From: an uncultured virus (IMG/VR IMGVR_UViG_3300045969_000082)
Lineage: Duplodnaviria; Heunggongvirae; Uroviricota; Caudoviricetes
IMG/VR virus record: IMGVR_UViG_3300045969_000082
Direction: 5' to 3' (one strand)
Length of the DNA: 64,000 nucleotides
Below are positions 20,032-29,580 of this stretch, one piece after another. A program made the translations under genes and the position numbers. Each line of letters begins with the position of its first letter. The first letter of the stretch is position 1. A model generated the notes under the pieces. It was given only the letters and a program-made list of their open reading frames with translations, made no database searches and was not told where the DNA came from.

Positions 20032-20056
20032 AAAAAGCCCGGCGCGATGGCCGGGC
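20032..20056 (-). terminator. Intrinsic terminator-like hairpin
   Basis: AAAAAGCCCGGC...GCCGGGC. Confidence 0.6.
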
Positions 20057-20081
20057 GTCGGGCTTCCGATTGCTGGGGATG

Positions 20082-20477
20082 TCAGTCCGCCAAACCTTCC
20101 TCGTCGGCGTACTTGACCTGCTTGCACTGGTGGACTTTGGCGTCCTGCTCCTTGAACGTCGTCGCGAGGCACTTCGGACATTCCCACATCGGCTTGCCCG
20201 CCCACCGCTTCTCGATCATGCCGCCTACACCGGGCACGTCGGCCGCGGTGAGGCGCTTCTTCTTCTCCGGCTCCGGCATGTCCTTCGGCTTCACGGCCGG
20301 CGTGGATCGGCGACGCTTGGGCCTCTCCTCGGCTGGCGCAAAGGCGTCCGCGATCGTTTCCGTAACCTGCGCCATTTTCTCCGGGGACATTCCCATCGCG
20401 TCGGCAGCCTTCATGGTGCGCTCGAACACCTCGAACTTCTCCGGCAGCGCGGAGACGGGCTTGTCGTCCTCGGTCAT
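20082..20477 (-). CDS. Hypothetical protein with C-terminal Zn-finger-like motif
   Basis: CPKC...HQC; coupled to tail terminator gene. Confidence 0.6.
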   Translation of the reverse strand: MTEDDKPVSALPEKFEVFERTMKAADAMGMSPEKMAQVTETIADAFAPAEERPKRRRSTPAVKPKDMPEPEKKKRLTAADVPGVGGMIEKRWAGKPMWECPKCLATTFKEQDAKVHQCKQVKYADEEGLAD

Positions 20478-20869
20478 GTCGTTCTCCGATAGTAGGCGGT
20501 GTACTCGCTGATATGGCGGAAGACGTTGGGGCCGGGCTCGAAGTCAGCAGCGGTGTTGAACCTCTCTGATAATTGCACCCAGCAACCGCTCAGCGTCCCG
20601 GTCCAGTTCTCCAGCGCCGCGACGACGGCATCTCCAAGCGGCAAGGCTGTCTCGGCGTTTGCGCAGCGGCACGTCACCCGAATGTGCGCATCCAGAAGGC
20701 CGACCGGCCCTTGGTGGGTGTAATCCTGCCCCTCTTCGACCAACTCCAACAGGATGTGAGGGTGAAGCGAATTTTGCGCCACCACGGCGACATGTATGCC
20801 GCCTTTCAGCTTCGTCGCGACCGCCGGCGCCGCCAGAAGCCGCGCCTTGTAGGCCGCGAGGATCATCAT
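20474..20869 (-). CDS. Tail completion/terminator protein (DUF3168-like)
   Basis: ARLLAAPAVA motif; size and position. Confidence 0.75.
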   Translation of the reverse strand: MMILAAYKARLLAAPAVATKLKGGIHVAVVAQNSLHPHILLELVEEGQDYTHQGPVGLLDAHIRVTCRCANAETALPLGDAVVAALENWTGTLSGCWVQLSERFNTAADFEPGPNVFRHISEYTAYYRRTT

Positions 20870-20870
20870 G

Positions 20871-21317
20871 TCATTTGCCCCGGTAGGCTACTGCGCGGGC
20901 ATGCTGCATGATGCCCTTGCCGAGTTCATCGACCATGATCTTGACGGCCTGATCATCGTGCGCTTCAAATGCCGGCGTCAGGAATGGTTTGGCCCGCGCG
21001 CCGGGGTGCATCCGCCCGCGCTTAGGTTGCCAGTGGGGCGCAGTTCCGAATTCGACGAGTGCAGATATTCCAATGCCCCTACCCGACGCCGCGATAACCC
21101 ACTGACTGAGCGACGTCGTGCCTCGCAGCTTCCGGATGACGAGGGACCGGCTCAAAACCCCGCGCTTGTAGCTCTTGTTCTTGCGCAGGTTGGCCTTGGC
21201 TGCGCGCAGGATCGGCGCCATCGCTTTCCGAGACGCTTTACCAACGACTCCCTGCGGCAGTCGGGCGAGCTTGCGGATGGCAGCGGCCGTCTGTCGGTGC
21301 CCTGTGACTTTCGACAT
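20871..21317 (-). CDS. HK97 gp10-family tail component
   Basis: GVLSRSL, VEFGT, AKPFLTPAF motifs. Confidence 0.85.
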   Translation of the reverse strand: MSKVTGHRQTAAAIRKLARLPQGVVGKASRKAMAPILRAAKANLRKNKSYKRGVLSRSLVIRKLRGTTSLSQWVIAASGRGIGISALVEFGTAPHWQPKRGRMHPGARAKPFLTPAFEAHDDQAVKIMVDELGKGIMQHARAVAYRGK

Positions 21318-22120
21318 TACATCGCTGTCCTGACGACTTCCCACGCCTCGCCAGACGTGATTTCCTGCAAAGTCCATTGCGTCCACGCCATGCGGCGGAA
21401 CCATTCATTCCGATCCGGCGTCACAAGCGCCTGGCTGACGTGATGCGAGGTGACATCCCAAGCCATCGCACCCTCATCGACCGTGATCGCCGGGATGCCC
21501 GCCAGAACCGCATCGACGGTCGCATTCGAGTTGTAGGCGATGACGCATGCCGCCTCGGACAGATCGCGCTCCAGCGTTCCCTTGGAAACCATGTACGACG
21601 GCACCGGAAACTGCTGCCCTCGCCGCACTGCTTCTGGATGTGGCCGGAACCGCACATCGACGCCCATGCGGTCCAGTTCATCGATCGTGTCCTTCAGCCA
21701 TTCGAGATAGTTGACCGTCAGGAGAGACTGGTCGCCGAGCACCTGCCCAGCGATCAGGTGATAGCCGTCGAACCGTTCCCATTCTTTCGCGAGGCCGCCG
21801 TGGCTGGACCAGAACCGCTGGCCCTCATCTTGAGGCTCTGGGAACCGGGCGCGGTTGTTGAGGCCATCCCAGCCCAGCGATGTCCAAATTCCCATACGAT
21901 CGCCGATATACCCGCGTTCCATGACGAGGATCGGCTTATCGAACCCAGCCTCGCGCAGCCGGCGCCCTACCCGCCATCCCCAGATCACAGCAAGGTCTGC
22001 GCCGGCCTCTGGCATGTTCGAGAACGTCGATGTGTGAACGCCATGGCGCTGGAAACCGTGGAGCATTGCGCTTGCATGCCCGCTCATTCCGCGCGGCGAG
22101 TGATAAACGGCTGCCCTCAT
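21317..22120 (-). CDS. KpsS/KpsC-like glycosyltransferase
   Basis: MERGY, QVLGD (QxxxD), RPHP, NSNATVDAVLAGIP, QWTLQEI motifs. Confidence 0.7.
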   Translation of the reverse strand: MRAAVYHSPRGMSGHASAMLHGFQRHGVHTSTFSNMPEAGADLAVIWGWRVGRRLREAGFDKPILVMERGYIGDRMGIWTSLGWDGLNNRARFPEPQDEGQRFWSSHGGLAKEWERFDGYHLIAGQVLGDQSLLTVNYLEWLKDTIDELDRMGVDVRFRPHPEAVRRGQQFPVPSYMVSKGTLERDLSEAACVIAYNSNATVDAVLAGIPAITVDEGAMAWDVTSHHVSQALVTPDRNEWFRRMAWTQWTLQEITSGEAWEVVRTAM

Positions 22121-22689
22121 TTGAAGATGACACCGATGCCCATCGTTGAACCTTCGCCGACAAGCTCGACGTGCTCGTGCTCAACCTTCAGTTCTGCCCA
22201 GAGGTGCGGCACCTCGACAGCATTGCCGTGGACCTTTTCGGCCTCGCCATGCCCCACGATGTCGTGGAACGCGATCAGCGGGGCGAACCGGGCATAGTTC
22301 TCCCAATCCGCCTTGACGCCGGCATAGCGATGATCGCCGTCGATCAGCGCCGCGTCGTATGGCCCCTCGACCATGACAAGCTGACGGATGCCGGCCGACC
22401 TGCTGTCGCCGAAGATGCAGCGGGCATCGTAACCGCGGCCGCGCAGGTCAGCGCAGGCTGCCTCCAGATGCTTCCGGCTTTTGTCTGTGCCCCACATCCC
22501 GCCCGGAAGATCGACGGCGACGCCCTTCGACCCCTCCGGCAGCGCCATCATGATCTCGAAGAACGTGTCGCCGTGCCGGGCGCCGATCTCCAGATACCGC
22601 GTCACCTGCCGGGCGCGAAGAAGGTCGATGAACGAGCGCAACTCGAACTCGTTCTGGCTGGCCCGGCGGCCGGATCGTGTCTCAAGCAA
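22117..22689 (-). CDS. Class I SAM-dependent methyltransferase (Methyltransf_24-like)
   Basis: YLEIGARHG, GDS, LIDGDHRY..VKADW, IAFHDI. Confidence 0.85.
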   Translation of the reverse strand: MLETRSGRRASQNEFELRSFIDLLRARQVTRYLEIGARHGDTFFEIMMALPEGSKGVAVDLPGGMWGTDKSRKHLEAACADLRGRGYDARCIFGDSRSAGIRQLVMVEGPYDAALIDGDHRYAGVKADWENYARFAPLIAFHDIVGHGEAEKVHGNAVEVPHLWAELKVEHEHVELVGEGSTMGIGVIFK

Positions 22690-23293
22690 GATGTTGCTCC
22701 AGATTGCAGGCTGGCAGCCATGTGATCGTCGAGGTCGGCGAAGCGTTCAGAACCTCCACGCCCAGCCCGCCCAGCGCGTCGGTCAGGGTGCGGAAGTGCC
22801 GTCGCCACGTTTCAGTATCGGAGCACATATCCATCCGGCCTTGGTGGAGGCCGAACCAGTGATCCCGCGCGCCGCCGTCCGAGAAGTCCATTCCCACGAT
22901 GATGATCGTCTTCGCACCCAACTGCGCCGCGACATGCACCGCCTGATAGCCCGAGTTCGAACCGTGGCGAACATTGCCGGGCACCGGGTCGAAACCGTCG
23001 GGGCCGGTATCGTTGAGGTTCTGGACGTCGTACCGCCCGAGAGGGTTCCTCGATATCTTGATGCGCCGGAACGCCGAGAGACCGTGGTGGTGATCCCACC
23101 ATTTGGCGTCCGACGACAAAAGTATATCTGCGAACCAGCACGGATAGACTGCATCCGAAACGGCGATCACGCGGCACCGGCCGAGCGCATGTGCGATGCC
23201 AATCGTGCGAACCTGCGCCAGCGTCAGCGACGGCCCGCCAGCGACGACAACCGCAGTCTCGCCCTCCCATACCCTTCCCGGTGCGAACAGCAT
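22682..23293 (-). CDS. Maf/CstII/MptE-like transferase
   Basis: VVVAGGPSL, NSGYQAVHVAAQLGAKTIIIVGMDF, VLNAS motifs. Confidence 0.7.
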   Translation of the reverse strand: MLFAPGRVWEGETAVVVAGGPSLTLAQVRTIGIAHALGRCRVIAVSDAVYPCWFADILLSSDAKWWDHHHGLSAFRRIKISRNPLGRYDVQNLNDTGPDGFDPVPGNVRHGSNSGYQAVHVAAQLGAKTIIIVGMDFSDGGARDHWFGLHQGRMDMCSDTETWRRHFRTLTDALGGLGVEVLNASPTSTITWLPACNLEQHLA

Positions 23294-23295
23294 GG

Positions 23296-23694
23296 CTACT
23301 GCGGAACGTTCGGGTCCAGATCGCCGTAGCGCAGCGGGTTGAGGTTGGCCTGGATCATCACGTCGTCCATGCCGTCGAGATTGGGCATCACCGCAAGGAT
23401 GTCGAAGACCAGCGAATCCGCGCGGATGCCGTGTGGCCCGTAGTCGTGGGTGTCGTTGAAGACGATGCGTTGCGTCTCGTTGATGCCCTCAAGCTCAAGG
23501 AAATCGCCGCGCAGGGTGTGCGACACGACACTCTGAAGCTCGTCGCCTTTGAACACCTCTCTCCCGCGATTGGGCTGGATGCTCATCCAGACCTGCCGAT
23601 ATTCCGCCCATGTCACGATGTCGTTCAGCGGGCCGGGGATCGTGACCTTGTGCTGGATCAGGACGAGGTTGGGCGCCTTGCTGGACGGAAACAT
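23296..23694 (-). CDS. Head closure protein (SPP1 gp16-like)
   Basis: VWMSIQPNRGRE motif; position. Confidence 0.75.
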   Translation of the reverse strand: MFPSSKAPNLVLIQHKVTIPGPLNDIVTWAEYRQVWMSIQPNRGREVFKGDELQSVVSHTLRGDFLELEGINETQRIVFNDTHDYGPHGIRADSLVFDILAVMPNLDGMDDVMIQANLNPLRYGDLDPNVPQ

Positions 23695-24275
23695 CACCAC
23701 CCACCGTTCAGATCAGTGCCGTTCGGGACGCGAAGCTCCTTCGTAAGCTGGTCCACCCCGAATGAAATCTTCTTCTCGACCTGCATTATCCGGGGTTCTT
23801 GATAGGTCGCGGCGCGCGACTCGACCCACGATGCTGCCAGCAGGTATGACGCTTGACGAAGCGCGGCCGGAACTTTCTCGGGATCATCTGCCCCGACGAC
23901 GTATTCGATCTCCATCGTGCCGGCTTGCTCGACCAACCCGGTGTCGATCGTCGGGAGCATCCGGTCGATGCGGACACGATCGTCAGGATCAGAAAGAACC
24001 TGCTCAGTTCCGCCTGTGACAGCATATTTGACCGACGTGATCGACTTCAGCGGCGGGCGAGGAAGCTGGACGGACGGGAGGATGCGGCGCAGACGCAGCA
24101 CATAGGTCTGCTCCATGAGCGAGAGGTTCGTCCGCTTCTCGACATACTCATCGGCCGCGCGAATCCAGAACTCGATCAGATCGTCCTCCGACCCGTGCCT
24201 GATCCGTTTCCCCGCCTTCACGAGGTCGACGCTGATCGAGGTCTTTGTGGCCGGCGTTTTCAGCGTCAGATCCAT
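23694..24275 (-). CDS. Head-tail connector/adaptor
   Basis: EDDLI...LMEQT...LPRPPL...VPAALRQA. Confidence 0.85.
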   Translation of the reverse strand: MDLTLKTPATKTSISVDLVKAGKRIRHGSEDDLIEFWIRAADEYVEKRTNLSLMEQTYVLRLRRILPSVQLPRPPLKSITSVKYAVTGGTEQVLSDPDDRVRIDRMLPTIDTGLVEQAGTMEIEYVVGADDPEKVPAALRQASYLLAASWVESRAATYQEPRIMQVEKKISFGVDQLTKELRVPNGTDLNGGW

Positions 24276-24331
24276 TTCGACCTCGATCCAGATAGTCGCC
24301 CTGTCGGATCATGCGATCCGAATAGCGTGCG

Positions 24332-24796
24332 TTACGCCCCGGCATCGGCCTGCGGAGCCTCTGCCTCGCCATCGGCCGGCGCAGTCGCGGCTTCGAGAGC
24401 CTTTTCGATCTCAGCGGCCAGACGCGCGGCACCCCAGCGGGAGTCGGCGTCCTTGCCGGTCAACTCCTTGAACTCGGCGCGGAGGCTGTCGGTGGCCGAG
24501 CCGGGAAGAACCCGTTGATCGTCGGGAAGGCTGCCGCCCTTCTTGCCGTCGCTGTCGTGATCGAGCGGATCACGCTGCGGCGTGAACTTGCGGGAGGTCA
24601 TTTCCGGGCCTCCCTGCGCCCCGGCATCGGCCTGCGGAGCGGTCTGGCCGGGCAGCACAGCCATACCCTTCTTCACGAGCGCCTTGGCGATCTCGGGAAG
24701 GAAGCCGGCCTTTTCGCCCGCGACATTCGAGCCGTAAGGCTGCGCAAGCGTCACGACGACCACGCCATTCTTGTTCGGAGCGAACGGGTTGCTCAT
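24332..24796 (-). CDS. Capsid-adjacent accessory protein
   Basis: DPLDHDSDGKKGGS motif and HeH-like LRAEFKELTGK...RW; duplicated APQADAGA. Confidence 0.65.
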   Translation of the reverse strand: MSNPFAPNKNGVVVVTLAQPYGSNVAGEKAGFLPEIAKALVKKGMAVLPGQTAPQADAGAQGGPEMTSRKFTPQRDPLDHDSDGKKGGSLPDDQRVLPGSATDSLRAEFKELTGKDADSRWGAARLAAEIEKALEAATAPADGEAEAPQADAGA

Positions 24797-24862
24797 GTTC
24801 TTCGTCCTTGTTTCGGGGAGAGGCGGGCGGCACGGATGCCGCCCGCTGTCATCTCGTCAGGC

Positions 24863-26179
24863 TCAGGCCGGCGGATTGTCGTACCAGTCGAGGCCGGTGA
24901 TGTTCACCACGGCGCCGGGATGACGGACATCCGCGTCGTGGTGCATGATCGCGCGAACCAGCGTAACGTTGCGCTGGAAGGCCGAGTACATCACGCCGCC
25001 GACCTTGTAGGACGCCTCTTCGGAGACGCGGAAGGACAGCCCGGTCGCCTCACCGAACAGCACATGGCTGAAGTCGATGAGGTGGATGTCGGTTTCGTCG
25101 CCGCCGGTGCCGAGGTTCGCCGGCATCATCGTAGTCTCGTAGACCGGCTTGCTGCGCAGGCGCGGGCCGCTGCCTTCACCGGGGCCGTAGTTGACCTCGG
25201 GATAGACACGGTTTCCGTTGCCGTCGCGGAGGCCGGAGAGCCAGATGCGGGTGCGCGGGTGCATGATCCATGCGGCGCGACGTCCGTGAATCTTGCGATT
25301 GCGCATTTCGGTCTCAGCCTTGGCCAGGGTGGCCTCGACGCGCTGGATCGTCTCGATCGGCGTACCGCCAACGCCCCAGCCCGCGAAGGACGGAACGCCA
25401 GCGATGCGGGTGATGCCGAGCGGACGGTTGGACTGGCCGTCGCCACGAAGCAGGGCAAGGTCCATGTTCTCGCCCAGCGCACCGCGGATGTCGTCCTCAA
25501 TGAACGACTGCATGTCGCCGACCGACCACGAGAGCAGTTCGTTCGATGCAGGCACGAGAACCGACAGGCGCTTGGCCTGGAGGTTCACATCCCGGAACGT
25601 CTGCTGCTCGACGCCGATGTCCGACGCTTCCGCCCCGTAGCCACCGACCACGCCGCTGTCGCCGGCGGGAATGGTGAAGTTGCCATTGGGCAGACGGATG
25701 CGGCGAGGATTGCCAGCCAGGAATGCCGAGTCTTCCCGGAGGATTTCGATGATCTCGCTGGCGAGCGGCGTCGGAACGGCGTAGCCGCCGTCGGCCGGAG
25801 TGGTCGACACCAGCTCCTTGACGAAAGTGCCATAGCCGTTCTTCTCCAACTCCTCGTGGGGAGTGGAGCGGTTCTGGTGAGCCTTGATGATCGACGTCAG
25901 CGCGAGGCCCAGCTTTTCGACCGGCTTGAGCTTGCGCTCGACGGCCGCCGGAACGGTGCTGGTTTCGGTCTCATCGACAGGCTGCGCCGCCGCCTTCACC
26001 GCATTCTCGGCGCGCTCGGCCAGCGCGATCTTGGCATTGATGCCATCGATCTCGTCCAGCGCCTTCTGGAGCGCGTCGGTGTCTTCCTGCGTAGCGCCGT
26101 CGGCGAACGCCTTGGTCTGGAGGTCGCTCAGGCCCTTGGTCTTATCCGCGAGAGCCTTGCGAAGTTCGGCGAGAGTCAT
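24863..26179 (-). CDS. Major capsid protein, HK97 fold
   Basis: N-terminal coiled-coil delta domain, DGGYAVP, SNELL, GDG..PLGI. Confidence 0.95.
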   Translation of the reverse strand: MTLAELRKALADKTKGLSDLQTKAFADGATQEDTDALQKALDEIDGINAKIALAERAENAVKAAAQPVDETETSTVPAAVERKLKPVEKLGLALTSIIKAHQNRSTPHEELEKNGYGTFVKELVSTTPADGGYAVPTPLASEIIEILREDSAFLAGNPRRIRLPNGNFTIPAGDSGVVGGYGAEASDIGVEQQTFRDVNLQAKRLSVLVPASNELLSWSVGDMQSFIEDDIRGALGENMDLALLRGDGQSNRPLGITRIAGVPSFAGWGVGGTPIETIQRVEATLAKAETEMRNRKIHGRRAAWIMHPRTRIWLSGLRDGNGNRVYPEVNYGPGEGSGPRLRSKPVYETTMMPANLGTGGDETDIHLIDFSHVLFGEATGLSFRVSEEASYKVGGVMYSAFQRNVTLVRAIMHHDADVRHPGAVVNITGLDWYDNPPA

Positions 26180-26199
26180 ATCTCGGTCCTTTCTTCATG

Positions 26200-26224
26200 A
26201 AAAAACCCGCCTCAGTGGGCGGGT
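26200..26224 (-). terminator. Intrinsic terminator-like hairpin
   Basis: AAAAAACCCGCC...GGCGGG. Confidence 0.6.
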
Positions 26225-26269
26225 CGGATGGTGATCCTCGCGGATCGTGGATCGGGTCGCCCCGATGGC

Positions 26270-27304
26270 TTACGCGGCCTCGACGGCCGCGATCTTGGCA
26301 AGACGCTCTTTCAGCGCCTTCTGGACTTCGGGGTCGGCAGGGACCGGAGCGGGTTCCGGCTCGGGCTCGGACGCCTTAAACAGGCCGCGGATGCCCTCGA
26401 CGAGCTTCGTCAGCGCACCCTTCCGCTCGGGCTCGTTGATCTCCTGCACCTTCGGCTCGAAATCCTTCAGGAACTCCTCGACGTTGAGTTCCAGTTCCTG
26501 CACGACAGGATCGACCTCGGGCTCGGCCGGCTCGGCGGATAGCTCGACAGTGCCGGCGACGACGGCATCAGCCGCCTTCTCCATGCGCTCGGCAATCTTT
26601 TCCAGACGGTCGAGCGACTTCTCGTCGAGTTCGATTTTCGTGGTGAGGATGGAGGTCTTGTCGCCGGTGGCGTCCTTGTGCGCGGCCTCAAGTTCCGAGC
26701 GCGGGACGATCAGGCCGGCCGCCGTTCGGGTATAGGTGTCCAGCACCTCTTCGAGGAAATCCTTGGCGAGCATGTTGCCCTCCTTGATCGACCGCGCCAA
26801 TGCCGCAGGATTGCTGGGAACAGCAACGATCGAGCATTCGTACATTTCCCATTCGAGGATGTCGTAGGCCCAGGTCGGCTCGCCCTTGTCGTCGAGCTTC
26901 CGCTCCAGCTTCGTCGGCATGAAGCCGATCGAGGCCGCGCGCAGAATGCCCTGCTCCAGAAGGCCGTAGGCCATGTCGATATGCGGCGCCGTGCCCTCGG
27001 CGGCGAGTGTCGCCCTGCCCTCGATCCGCTTCGGCTTCTTCTGGACATCAGACCAGTTGCCGAGGATGAGATCGCTGCGATGGTTGAGCAGGCAGATCGG
27101 GTTGCTTTCGAACCGGGTCAGATCGGCGCCCTTGGCGCGAACCGTGTCACCGTAGCTGTCGGTGGTCTCGTCGGTCATGACGAAAACAGCCGACCGCGTG
27201 CCGCCGTCGAAAGATTTCGGCATTTTGGCAGCGCGGTAGACGATGCCGTCGTTCACGCTCAGCGAGCGCTTCGACAAGTACTCGTCGATCGAGATATTCA
27301 GCAT
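26270..27304 (-). CDS. HK97-family prohead protease
   Basis: DSYGD, LLNH, ASIGF, ECSIVAVPSNP. Confidence 0.93.
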   Translation of the reverse strand: MLNISIDEYLSKRSLSVNDGIVYRAAKMPKSFDGGTRSAVFVMTDETTDSYGDTVRAKGADLTRFESNPICLLNHRSDLILGNWSDVQKKPKRIEGRATLAAEGTAPHIDMAYGLLEQGILRAASIGFMPTKLERKLDDKGEPTWAYDILEWEMYECSIVAVPSNPAALARSIKEGNMLAKDFLEEVLDTYTRTAAGLIVPRSELEAAHKDATGDKTSILTTKIELDEKSLDRLEKIAERMEKAADAVVAGTVELSAEPAEPEVDPVVQELELNVEEFLKDFEPKVQEINEPERKGALTKLVEGIRGLFKASEPEPEPAPVPADPEVQKALKERLAKIAAVEAA

Positions 27305-27314
27305 CGCTGCCTCC

Positions 27315-28685
27315 TCAGTTCTTTACGAGAGAGAGGACCGGCGCCTTGGCCTTGTCCTTGTCGTCGGTCTTCTCGGTATCCTCTTCGCCGGGCGCATTGC
27401 CGCCGGCTTTCAGGATCACCTCGTTGTTGGTGTCGGTCATCACGAAGTTGCCGCTGAATAGGTAAACCTCACCGGCATCGCCGATCGTATTGAAGCCCAG
27501 CTCGTCGAGCGCCTGGTTCTTCGTTATGAGCCCGGTCTTCCACTGGTCGTTGATGACCTTCTGGCGCTGCTCAGGATCGGCGGCATATGCCTGATCCTTG
27601 TCGAACATGATGAAATACTCATCCTGCTCGTCCTCGGTCAGCAGGACCGGATGCAGCGCCTCGGTAATCGCATCGAAGATCGGGACCAACGAATCCGTGA
27701 CATAGGCCCGCTCATAGGGCGTCACGTTGTCGTATTTGACACCGTCGAACAGGTAGACCTTGTGCGGCGGGACACCGTAGTAGCGGCAAACGTCGGTAAA
27801 GACCGCGTTGTTCGCCTTCAGAAACTCGGCATCGGCGGCCGTCTGGCTCATCTTCTCGACCTTGGGCGACTGGCCGCTGATGCCCTGCCCTTCAAGGATG
27901 AACGGGACGCCCTTCTCGCGCGCCTTCTTGGCTTGCGCCTGCAAGTCCTTATTGAGCCGCTGCCACTGTTCGTCGGTCAGGCCGTCAGGGAACGTCAGCG
28001 CCAGGATCGGCATGCCGCCGTTGCTGAACAGATCGCTCTGGAACTTCTGCATGTTCGAGATGAGGTCGAACGCGCCCTTGGCAACAGCACTTGTCGCGAT
28101 CGGGTCGATCCCGTTCATCGAGCGCAGACGGATATGCGCCATCTGGTCGTCGAGAAGGCCGCCGGCCGCCCAGCCATACTGAGCCTGCGCGTGCTGGCCG
28201 TTGGCAGTGACATCGTAGACGTAACGTCGCTGCTTGGGCTCGACGCGCACCGACACGTCGGTATGCGGGATGCCCTGAATCTCCATCAACTCGCCAGTGC
28301 GCTTGCGGCGCGCGGCCACGTAATACTGCGACGCCGTCACGAGATGTGCCGTCGCAATCCGCAGGAACTCCTTCACACCATAGTAGCGACTGGTTCGGCC
28401 GGCGAGCATTGCTGCGACGCGGTGCTCATTCGGCTCGACGATCTCGGCGCCACCATTCTTGCGGCGATAGAGATATGCCGGTGTCTTCGCTACGTCTCTC
28501 GAAAGGACATCGATGCACTTCAGACTGATCGCGAGCCGCAGCATCGCCGAGCGCGAGCCCGCAGCGACGTAGCCCATGCTGAAGAGATCGCCCATGTTGG
28601 TCGTGGTCCAGAGGTGGCTGTCATCGGCGCCGAACGCGCGGACGGCCACCGGAGCACGCTCAGTTATGTCCTTGGTTTCGGTCAT
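27315..28685 (-). CDS. Portal protein, HK97 family
   Basis: CIDVLSRDVA, FSNGGMP, YYGVPPHKV. Confidence 0.93.
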   Translation of the reverse strand: MTETKDITERAPVAVRAFGADDSHLWTTTNMGDLFSMGYVAAGSRSAMLRLAISLKCIDVLSRDVAKTPAYLYRRKNGGAEIVEPNEHRVAAMLAGRTSRYYGVKEFLRIATAHLVTASQYYVAARRKRTGELMEIQGIPHTDVSVRVEPKQRRYVYDVTANGQHAQAQYGWAAGGLLDDQMAHIRLRSMNGIDPIATSAVAKGAFDLISNMQKFQSDLFSNGGMPILALTFPDGLTDEQWQRLNKDLQAQAKKAREKGVPFILEGQGISGQSPKVEKMSQTAADAEFLKANNAVFTDVCRYYGVPPHKVYLFDGVKYDNVTPYERAYVTDSLVPIFDAITEALHPVLLTEDEQDEYFIMFDKDQAYAADPEQRQKVINDQWKTGLITKNQALDELGFNTIGDAGEVYLFSGNFVMTDTNNEVILKAGGNAPGEEDTEKTDDKDKAKAPVLSLVKN

Positions 28686-29488
28686 AGCAGGTGCGTCCGT
28701 TTGGCGTGCTTCTGGATGTTTTTGATCTTTTCGAGCGGGCGAAGATTGGTAAGAGCCCAAGCCGCCTTGAACTCGGGATCATCGAAGCCGGTGTAGGAAA
28801 AGCTGGCGAGCGGAACGATGTGGTCGAGATGCCAGAACGTGCCGAAGTTCTGCCAAGTCATCCCCCTCGTAAACTGGCGCTCGATGTGCCGGCAAAGATC
28901 CTGCTTTGTGTATCCGAATGCGGTCTGCCAGCTTTCGTTCTTGTAGCCGATGGCGGCGGCATCACCATCTCTTCCAGATCGGAGTCTGAGCGCTTCTCGG
29001 ACCCGGTTTCCCACCGAATGAGCAAACCGCTGCTCCGGGCTCCGCTTCTCGCGCGATCGTCGAGAAATTTCTCTGGTTTTGTCACGATTAGCGGCCCGCC
29101 ACGCGCGCTCCAACTTCTTCTCGTGATCACCATAACGCTCTCGGCGCTCCGCATTGATGCGGTCACGATTCCGGCTCAGATACCGACGTTTGGATTGCGC
29201 GCGTTTTTCTGGATCGCGGTGATAGGCAATTCTGGCCTTCCGCGCGTGGCATTCGCGACAATAGGATTCCAGTCCATCGGGTCGTCCGTTCTTTGGGCTG
29301 AAGAACTCGATCGTTCTTGGGTTCTCTGTGTCGCATTGTGAACACGATTTATCCCCACGGAGCTGATAGCTCCTTCGAGGCGTTGGATCGCCGTACTTGC
29401 GCCAGTTTTTCCAGTGCGCGCCACACCACCCACGCCCCTTCGCGGGCTTGCTACAACCATCAAATTTGCATACTGATTTGTCAGCCAC
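28682..29488 (-). CDS. HNH homing endonuclease inserted between terL and portal
   Basis: C..C..C..H Zn motifs; WHLDHIVP...NLRPL...NIQK. Confidence 0.85.
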   Translation of the reverse strand: MADKSVCKFDGCSKPAKGRGWCGAHWKNWRKYGDPTPRRSYQLRGDKSCSQCDTENPRTIEFFSPKNGRPDGLESYCRECHARKARIAYHRDPEKRAQSKRRYLSRNRDRINAERRERYGDHEKKLERAWRAANRDKTREISRRSREKRSPEQRFAHSVGNRVREALRLRSGRDGDAAAIGYKNESWQTAFGYTKQDLCRHIERQFTRGMTWQNFGTFWHLDHIVPLASFSYTGFDDPEFKAAWALTNLRPLEKIKNIQKHAKRTHLL

Positions 29489-29580
29489 TCAACACCTCAT
29501 CCGTGTTGGCTTGGTTAGGGCCGACGCGGTGTTACCAGCACCAAATCGGCCCGCTTAAATTACCCTATCCTACTGACTTT

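Noticed and set aside
28682..29580. Group I intron around the HNH gene
   Set aside because: terL and portal each appear intact and the non-coding flank (~90 nt) is too short for an intron core
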